Under the pieces are notes generated by a model, which was not told the DNA's origin, did no database searches, and saw only the letters and a list, made by a program, of their open reading frames with translations. Shown piece by piece: positions 58,004 through 64,000 of a stretch of 64,000 bases of DNA. The stretch covers positions 1,287-65,286 of the IMG/VR virus record IMGVR_UViG_3300042383_000245. One strand, given 5' to 3'. The DNA is from a virus. Its lineage: Duplodnaviria; Caudoviricetes. A program made the translations under genes and the position numbers. Numbering within the stretch: position 1 is the first letter of the stretch; the number at the start of each line of letters is the position of its first letter.

Positions 58004-58053
58004 CTGATGAGTCCTAGGTGGACGAAAGGGCTGGCCATCCAGCCCTCTTAACC
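57998..58053 (+). ncRNA. type I hammerhead ribozyme 3
   Basis: GGTTAA-CTGATGA-GTCC(taggt)GGAC-GAAA-GGGCTGG(ccat)CCAGCCC-TC-TTAACC; CUC cleavage predicted after 58047. Confidence 0.93.
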
Positions 58054-58067
58054 AAAACAACAACGAC

Positions 58068-58298
58068 ATGCAAAACGAAATGACCAAACTACTCACCGAG
58101 TATTCCGACGCAAAAAATTACATCCTCAAAATTACTGACGAGTATTACGACGCAATGTCATACGACATCGAGGGATGGTGGAACTTAATCGAGGATGACG
58201 AGGCTGACGAGAAAGACCTACACGAACTTCGCCTTCAAGTACATGCAGTAAAGTCTTTGCACATGGCTTTGTCTTGCCTTAAGTATAAGTTCTCCTAA
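58068..58298 (+). CDS. early acidic hypothetical protein
   Basis: 76 aa ORF after ribozyme 3. Confidence 0.65.
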   Translation: MQNEMTKLLTEYSDAKNYILKITDEYYDAMSYDIEGWWNLIEDDEADEKDLHELRLQVHAVKSLHMALSCLKYKFS

Positions 58299-58359
58299 AA
58301 TAAATTTGGTAGATACAAAACTAAACTTTAATATTGTGAACACTTTAATAACAACGAAC

Positions 58360-59298
58360 ATGAATACACCACAAACATTGTTGGCACACTTGCGGAACGC
58401 AGAGACCAACCACATCGGATTCTCTTACAACATCAACAATGGCGACTCAAACCCCGAGACAGGGTACATGGTATCACGTGTTGGCCACGAGGAGATTGTA
58501 CCACAAGGCGCTGACCTTGTAGCCTATGGCAAGCACTACTTCCTCCGCCATGCTGAGCAACTAGCGGAAGACAACGCCTACATGGGCTGTTGGTACAACG
58601 GCAGTCAGTTTGTATTTGACGTATCAGAGAACGTACAAACCAAGGAGGTCGCTATCGTATTGGGCGAATACAACAAGCAAGACGCAATATGGGACTGCGC
58701 GAGCGGATCCGAGTATAGGCTGATGAGAGAGGGCGACAACCCCTCTCATTTGGTGACCATCTACTACAACGACGTGTTCGTCAGCGAAGAGCCAAACGAA
58801 ATCTATGCGAACTGCCCGTACGTGAACATGCCAATTGCCGAGGCAACAAGGTATGCAGACCGAATGATTGAGAACGGAGATTGGGACGCATACTGCATCC
58901 CCGAGTTGTGCAACCACGAAGTAAAATTCACCGAGGTTTCATTTCAAAGAGATGGCGATGCAGAAAAAATCTACACTAAAGATGAACTTTATGCAATCAT
59001 GCGTTCATTTGTCGAAGACACTCGAGGCGACAAGCCATGGGTCGACGCAGATGACGAGTGGTTTGAGCAATTCACCAAAACAAATACCGAGGTTTTGTTC
59101 CAAAGGGATGGCGACGAGGCCAGCCTAGGTGAGTATAAGGATGCGGACTACCAAGCCATGCTCGATACATTGGACGTGGCAATGGATGAGTTCTCTCAAA
59201 TCTATAACCACTCAGCATCGAACGAATTTCGTGAGTACTACGAAATGCACATGACCCAATTGGACAATATCATCAACCTAATTAACAAACTGAAATGA
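58360..59298 (+). CDS. early multi-domain hypothetical protein
   Basis: start moved to 58360; N-terminal GYMVS...YMGCW...FDVS...QDAIWD domain and acidic C-terminal part. Confidence 0.65.
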   Translation: MNTPQTLLAHLRNAETNHIGFSYNINNGDSNPETGYMVSRVGHEEIVPQGADLVAYGKHYFLRHAEQLAEDNAYMGCWYNGSQFVFDVSENVQTKEVAIVLGEYNKQDAIWDCASGSEYRLMREGDNPSHLVTIYYNDVFVSEEPNEIYANCPYVNMPIAEATRYADRMIENGDWDAYCIPELCNHEVKFTEVSFQRDGDAEKIYTKDELYAIMRSFVEDTRGDKPWVDADDEWFEQFTKTNTEVLFQRDGDEASLGEYKDADYQAMLDTLDVAMDEFSQIYNHSASNEFREYYEMHMTQLDNIINLINKLK

Positions 59299-59558
59299 GC
59301 ACCGAACAAAAATTCACCATCGACGAGTTCTTAAAATTATCGGAAAGGTACTTCTATGAGGAGTACCATAGGGTAACCGAGAGCGTGTTCAAGGACATCA
59401 ACCCGTCGATGTTCATCGAGCAAGAGTTGTACTTGTACGGAGGTAACCAAATCAAGACGAACTACAAGTGGAACAACGGCACATGGATATTAGTAGACAA
59501 GGTCTACATGAGAACAAACAGCGAATTCAAACAATACATAAAGGAGAACTTAAAATGA
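59295..59558 (+). CDS. hypothetical protein
   Basis: ATGA overlaps at both ends. Confidence 0.6.
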   Translation: MSTEQKFTIDEFLKLSERYFYEEYHRVTESVFKDINPSMFIEQELYLYGGNQIKTNYKWNNGTWILVDKVYMRTNSEFKQYIKENLK

Positions 59559-60079
59559 AATACAAATTGACAACCACACGCACCTACGTCACGGAGATGA
59601 TAGTGGTAGCAGAGAGCGAGTCCGACGCATGGGACTGGGTTAACGAGAACAGCGACCTAGTTGCTGAGGCAGAACTTGAGCAGATGAACGTCGTCGATGA
59701 AGAGTCAACGCTAGAGCCATGCATCCCCAGTCCGAACGAGTACGACGAGTTGCAGTCACTTGCCTACAACATTCAAAGCCAACTGCAAGCATATAGACAC
59801 GTTAGTGACTTCATCCCAAGCGAGATGCACAAGGCATTGGCAAAGATGACTGAGCCAATAGTGGAGACGCACAAGGTAAGCACAAACTACATGGGGTTTA
59901 CTACGGGAGCATACAAATATGTTGACGAGTTGAACAAACTGATAGGACGCAACGCTTTCTCATGTCGTGCTACGGATGTAGACCCATACCCTTACAAAAA
60001 TTGGATAGTCTTTGGAAACAATATCACCGACGAAGAAATCAACCGACTCAACTTGAGGCAAGATTTTATCATCGATTAA
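59555..60079 (+). CDS. hypothetical protein
   Basis: start moved to ATG 59555 (ATGA overlap). Confidence 0.6.
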   Translation: MKYKLTTTRTYVTEMIVVAESESDAWDWVNENSDLVAEAELEQMNVVDEESTLEPCIPSPNEYDELQSLAYNIQSQLQAYRHVSDFIPSEMHKALAKMTEPIVETHKVSTNYMGFTTGAYKYVDELNKLIGRNAFSCRATDVDPYPYKNWIVFGNNITDEEINRLNLRQDFIID

Positions 60080-60123
60080 CCACGAAAGGAAACGAGAGGG
60101 GTTCAATTCCCCTCCGTGGTTCA
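60078..60123 (+). ncRNA. anticodon-less tRNA-like element 1
   Basis: AACCACG/CGTGGTT acceptor-like stem stacked on a GAGGGG-TTCAATT-CCCCTC T-arm; 11-nt connector containing GG. Confidence 0.55.
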
Positions 60124-60184
60124 AATAGGGACTCGATGAAATTGAGTTCCACAACTTAACAAGCAATCTAATAAAACTCAATAC

Positions 60185-60454
60185 ATGAACATTCAAACAA
60201 TTTACAAGAGACAAAAGTCAGCAGGTGTTGACTACATGCAACGATTAATCAACAACGGCTCAGTATGGGCAATGGAAGGGTCAATGGGACGTGAGGCAAT
60301 GCGCTTACTTGAGATGGGCATTTGCATGCTACCCAAGAAATCATTCACGGACTACTACGGCAATCGCATCCCGTCACGCGACGAACTGAAAGGATGTACC
60401 AAAGGAACATACGCCAACGCTGTACGCTACTGGTCTAACGGATGGGAGGACTAA
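60185..60454 (+). CDS. hypothetical protein
   Basis: QRLINNGSVWAMEGSMGREAMRLLEMG...DYYGNRIPSR motif seen in phage early proteins. Confidence 0.7.
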   Translation: MNIQTIYKRQKSAGVDYMQRLINNGSVWAMEGSMGREAMRLLEMGICMLPKKSFTDYYGNRIPSRDELKGCTKGTYANAVRYWSNGWED

Positions 60455-60457
60455 ACA

Positions 60458-60675
60458 TGAAATACATTTTAACTGGCCTAAGAGCCATCCATTACCATGC
60501 CGAGGGCAACTACGAAGAGGTAATAAACTTAATCAAGCAGAACGAGGCAGACATCTTTGAGATAGACTCATTGGACGGGATATACGAACTGCTCGAACAA
60601 CTTAGGGGATGGGATGACTACTGCGTAATCACCAGCCTTGAGAGAAATAAAATATTACATTTCTATGACAAATAA
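60458..60675 (+). CDS. hypothetical protein
   Basis: MKYILTG... start within track ORF 60442..60675; exact start approximate. Confidence 0.5.
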
Positions 60676-60729
60676 ATTAGGTTATCAACAAGATAGTAAC
60701 TAATATTGCACCAACCAACCAACAAACAT

Positions 60730-61134
60730 ATGAACAAAACAATCACAACCCCCGACAATTTCACATGGCACATCATCGAGCCACGTGTAGCACAAATCAT
60801 CCACCAAGCGGACTACCCAGTCTATCGCATCTACGACGACATGAGCGAGTCATTGCTTGAGGAAGACCACAGGTTCAACGCTGACTACTGCTACGGCATT
60901 GAAGAGCCAGCAAATGACATGGTGTACACACTATGTGGCAAGACTGCTGTATCGTCTTTCATGGATAGAGAGTACGACAAATGCCACGACTCAATCTTCG
61001 CCTACCGCACGTCGGACATCCACTTCTTCAGCCCAAAGGCCAGCCCCAAGGAGGTCATCAGAGTGCTGAGATACTGCGACGCGACATGCTACGTAGACAA
61101 ATCTGACTTTTTAAACATCATCCAACATGGCTAA
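60730..61134 (+). CDS. hypothetical protein
   Basis: start moved to ATG 60730; TAATATTG promoter-like box upstream. Confidence 0.6.
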   Translation: MNKTITTPDNFTWHIIEPRVAQIIHQADYPVYRIYDDMSESLLEEDHRFNADYCYGIEEPANDMVYTLCGKTAVSSFMDREYDKCHDSIFAYRTSDIHFFSPKASPKEVIRVLRYCDATCYVDKSDFLNIIQHG

Positions 61135-61696
61135 TCATTGCTACAACTCCGCATCAATCGAAGGAAGCAAGCAGATGCTTGACCTATTCGAGCAACGACT
61201 CAACGAGGCAACAAAGATATCTCGCACGCTTTACAACAACACTTTCTACCAAGTCTTAGGTAAAGAACCAGTTGATGGTGACGTGTACAACACCTTCGGA
61301 TCACGATGGTTTGACCCAATGTGGGAAAGACATTCAGCAACTAGTGGTGTATTGTCTGGAGACTCAGCATGGAGTCCAGTAAGTGAGTTCTTTAGATTAT
61401 TGTCTGACGTGTACCAACTAGAGATAACCTCTACATACGAGGAGTGTGGAGACAACTTCGGTGGATGGTTTGACTGCGAGAACGGAGAGATGACAAGAGA
61501 CATTACCACATCGTTCTATGCGTTCAGATATATGGACGACAGAGAACACACGATGGAGACCATGCTAGAGGATGCGACTGACGGGTACTGGGAGAGCGTT
61601 GACGACTTCGACTCAGAACTGCTAGAGATAATGAGAGAGAAAGACAGGGCGGAGTTGATTGAGGCGGTAAACAAATACATAGCAGAGCAGGGTTAG
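61127..61696 (+). CDS. DUF1281/YubB ferredoxin-like domain protein
   Basis: MANHCYN...FGSRW...DSAWSP...YEECG..FGG pattern. Confidence 0.65.
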   Translation: MANHCYNSASIEGSKQMLDLFEQRLNEATKISRTLYNNTFYQVLGKEPVDGDVYNTFGSRWFDPMWERHSATSGVLSGDSAWSPVSEFFRLLSDVYQLEITSTYEECGDNFGGWFDCENGEMTRDITTSFYAFRYMDDREHTMETMLEDATDGYWESVDDFDSELLEIMREKDRAELIEAVNKYIAEQG

Positions 61697-61742
61697 TCCC
61701 CTCTCTGCTAGCGACAGCACCATTTCACAATGGTACTGCCAC

Positions 61743-61758
61743 GTTCTTTGACATATTG
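61743..61758 (+). promoter_or_regulatory. boxA-like antitermination element
   Basis: GTTCTTTGACATATTG resembles rrn boxA; preceded by a hairpin at 61715-61738. Confidence 0.5.
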
Positions 61759-61864
61759 GACGATTGTTTGGCGGTCGAATGACCGACCAACTATGTACGC
61801 ACACTGGACTGAGTCCCAGTCCTTTGAATCGTGGGTGGAACACCACGGGGTGATGCGGTGAACA

Positions 61865-61914
61865 GCATGGGATATGAACGGGTATACGGGGTTCAAATCC
61901 CCACCCATGCACAA
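61865..61914 (+). ncRNA. anticodon-less tRNA-like element 2
   Basis: 7-bp GCATGGG/CCCATGC acceptor stem, ATAT-GAACGG-GTAT D-like arm, GGGG-TTCAAAT-CCCC T-arm, 3' A-CAA; no anticodon arm. Confidence 0.6.
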
Positions 61915-61974
61915 AGGCTAGCCATCACTAGCCCTCAACGATAGGTTGTAAATGATATTTGTTTTAAGGTTTTA

Positions 61975-62250
61975 ATGTGGGAGACTGATGGGTCTCCCTT
62001 TTTAAACAAGACTATGAAATTTAAAGACATACTAACTGAACGCTTTCCCACCATCGTGATAGTGGAAGAGCCATGCATGATGGCCTACGCGGACTGTTTC
62101 TGCGTGAGGTCGAACGGCAAAGACTCCAAGGGATTCCCACTGATATCCATCAGTGTTGGAAACTCGGACGAACTGGAACACTTTTTATTTGAGCACGGAT
62201 ACTTCTCGGAGTTCGTGAGCGAGACTGAACTAGCAATTTGTAAAGAATGA
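61975..62250 (+). CDS. hypothetical protein
   Basis: track ORF; the true start is probably the internal MKFKD. Confidence 0.55.
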   Translation: MWETDGSPFLNKTMKFKDILTERFPTIVIVEEPCMMAYADCFCVRSNGKDSKGFPLISISVGNSDELEHFLFEHGYFSEFVSETELAICKE

Positions 62251-62681
62251 GATACTACGCAAAAAATTCTCAAGAGGCACGGAGTATGCTTCTTGACATG
62301 CACAATGGACAGCAGTCCTACGCACTAACCCTTGAGTCATGTGGATGCGGTGACGGATACGCCATATCCGATCCGATAGACGACAGCAAAAAGGTTGTAA
62401 TATGCCACACATGTGAGGCTGAGGTTGACAGGCTGATACCTCTTGACAACTATGCGGTTGATGGCTTTGGATACGACCCACGGACTGACAAGCCATTGCC
62501 GATGCCTTCGGAGTACAAGTTGCTGGAAGACACGATGGAGGAGAGCGACAAAGACCACATGTTGGAGGACGTTTTCTACTACATGAAGAGACACAAAAAC
62601 ATGCTCACAAAGGATGGGCGTTACTTACTAATTCAATACCTCGGAGACGACAACATAACGATTGGAATTTATGAACACTAA
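62247..62681 (+). CDS. hypothetical protein with CxC/CxxC
   Basis: SCGC...ICHTC possible Zn site; ATGA overlap. Confidence 0.6.
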   Translation: MRYYAKNSQEARSMLLDMHNGQQSYALTLESCGCGDGYAISDPIDDSKKVVICHTCEAEVDRLIPLDNYAVDGFGYDPRTDKPLPMPSEYKLLEDTMEESDKDHMLEDVFYYMKRHKNMLTKDGRYLLIQYLGDDNITIGIYEH

Positions 62682-62862
62682 ACTATTCAAGAAGATTAAA
62701 AGACGCTACGTTTACTTCTGGCACAAGGGTCAGTTACGCGCTTGGGACAAACGCAAACAGGAGGAGGTGCACCAGTATGTATGCACCCAGTACTGGATGA
62801 TACGCATCGCTTGTGGGTTCTTTGTTGCAGAGAAATACTTAAGTAGGAGGATATACAAATGA
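62662..62862 (+). CDS. hypothetical basic protein
   Basis: overlapping small ORF in the operon. Confidence 0.5.
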   Translation: MEFMNTKLFKKIKRRYVYFWHKGQLRAWDKRKQEEVHQYVCTQYWMIRIACGFFVAEKYLSRRIYK

Positions 62863-63031
62863 GACGCGTACTTGAAATACTAGTTATCGCACTAATGCTG
62901 TTGCTAGCCCTTGGCATGGTTGCATTCTGCATCTACAGCCCAGTAACATTCATGGTCATCACGCTGACCGCCAGCGGATGCCTCTTCACATACTCAGCAG
63001 TACAAGTAATTAAATATAAAATAAACAAACT

Positions 63032-63283
63032 ATGAAACTATACACAGAAGAACAAGTATTGGAAATAATTGCCAATATAAACAGAGATGTAAACGTGAGT
63101 TCTCAAGAGTTATTGAAAGGTATAGAAGTTGACCATATCGAACTACCAAGTGATGATGAGATTAAAAAAATGATGGAGTTGGATGGTATGGAGTTTGATG
63201 AATTTGACCCTTACGATGTATCTTATTTAGGTGGCGCAAAATGGATGCGTGATAAAATACAAGAAGACAATGACAAACAATAA
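63032..63283 (+). CDS. hypothetical protein
   Basis: MKLYTEEQV...IELPSDDEI...GAKWMRDKI motif family of Bacteroidota phage small genes. Confidence 0.65.
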   Translation: MKLYTEEQVLEIIANINRDVNVSSQELLKGIEVDHIELPSDDEIKKMMELDGMEFDEFDPYDVSYLGGAKWMRDKIQEDNDKQ

Positions 63284-63345
63284 AAAAATAATATGAACAA
63301 GAAATTTTCAGAATGGTACGGACAATTAAAAACAAAATCTAAGCA

Positions 63346-63612
63346 ATGACAAACAATAAACAACAAACGGCAGTTGAAAAACTATTATTAGCAACATTAC
63401 TTATCGGAATGATAAGTGGTTGCACAAAACCAACAGTATCATCAAAAACTACCAACTACACAATACCCAGTGAAGGTAATTTAGCATCAGACCCGCTTAA
63501 AGTATGTGTAATTGAAGGATGTGAATACTTCATTTGTAAGAATTACAAGGGTAATATTCTATGTCACAAAGGAAACTGCAAAAACCCAATACACAAGGGA
63601 GGTAACAAATGA
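63346..63612 (+). CDS. putative lipoprotein
   Basis: hydrophobic LLLATLLIGMISGC lipobox; IEGCEY...HKGNCKNPIH motif. Confidence 0.6.
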   Translation: MTNNKQQTAVEKLLLATLLIGMISGCTKPTVSSKTTNYTIPSEGNLASDPLKVCVIEGCEYFICKNYKGNILCHKGNCKNPIHKGGNK

Positions 63613-63857
63613 CAAACAATAAACAACAAACGGCAGTTGAACAATTTCTAAATGCTATTAAAGACCAAATTCTACTGAGTAAAGAACATCTTGAAATGAT
63701 AGAATCTTATGCAGACCAATGCAAAGAAATGGAGAAGGAAAGAATTGAAACTGCATACAACAAAGGAACAGTTCATGGAATTGATTATCCTGAAAGTACA
63801 CTACCAATAACTGGTGAACAATACTACGAACAAACCTACGGAGGAGGCGAGCAATGA
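63609..63857 (+). CDS. hypothetical protein (KQQTAVE family)
   Basis: MTNNKQQTAVE...KEMEKERI...EQYYEQTY. Confidence 0.65.
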   Translation: MTNNKQQTAVEQFLNAIKDQILLSKEHLEMIESYADQCKEMEKERIETAYNKGTVHGIDYPESTLPITGEQYYEQTYGGGEQ

Positions 63858-64000
63858 GTAACAATAAACAACAGACGGCAGTGGAGTTATTGGCAAAACT
63901 ACTGTTAGAAAAATTAGAAATAAAAGGAGATGGTTATGGAATTAATCAAATAATTAATTTATCCAAAGCAATGGAAAAGCAAATGACAATAAAACTTTAT
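63854..64000 (+). CDS. hypothetical protein (KQQTAVE family), truncated by window edge
   Basis: MSNNKQQTAVELLAKLL..., open to the end of the window. Confidence 0.55.
   Translation, partial: MSNNKQQTAVELLAKLLLEKLEIKGDGYGINQIINLSKAMEKQMTIKLY

Noticed and set aside
57156-58053. Three ~55-nt repeats as a CRISPR array or simple terminators
   Set aside because: The spacers are whole genes, no cas genes are present, there are no U-tracts, and the conserved positions match the hammerhead catalytic core.
60078-61914. Functional tRNA genes at the GGTTCAATTCC and GGTTCAAATCC motifs
   Set aside because: Only 11-15 nt separate the acceptor 5' strand from the T-arm, leaving no room for an anticodon arm; reported as tRNA-like elements instead.
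61913-61936. A fourth hammerhead, or a tRNA-associated HDV-like (theta) ribozyme after the tRNA mimic
   Set aside because: No CTGAnGA or stem II upstream, and I could not build the nested double pseudoknot required for an HDV-like fold.
1-64000. Stop-codon reassignment, integrase/prophage boundaries, introns or inteins
   Set aside because: Genes are intact and densely packed under the standard code, no integrase or host genes are seen, and terminase, nrdJ, primase and capsid show no intein or intron-like interruptions.

Overview
This window is about 64 kb of a tailed dsDNA bacteriophage with short-tail (podovirus/crAss-like) morphogenesis genes. The host is most likely a Bacteroidota bacterium, because TAnnTTTG promoter boxes precede many genes and translation starts are A-rich without Shine-Dalgarno sequences. 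The + strand at 1-8687 carries replication and nucleotide genes (primase-helicase, SF2 helicase, VRR-NUC, MazG-like, class II ribonucleotide reductase, metallophosphoesterase). The - strand at 8684-56385 carries late genes: a giant ejection-type protein, tail, capsid, scaffold, portal, terminase, a repeat tail fibre, lysis candidates, phage GroEL/GroES and many small basic proteins. A non-coding switch region at about 55650-56880 separates these from + strand early genes (56889-64000). The main finding is that the early operon is punctuated by RNA elements at cistron junctions: three complete type I hammerhead ribozymes with identical stem I (57156-57209, 57532-57589, 57998-58053), two anticodon-less tRNA-like minielements (60078-60123, 61865-61914) and a boxA-containing structured spacer. 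Also notable are a 44-codon gene nested out of frame inside the giant virion gene, a leaderless-transcript promoter architecture and a candidate antisense sRNA. All protein assignments come from motif recognition by eye; no database search was run.
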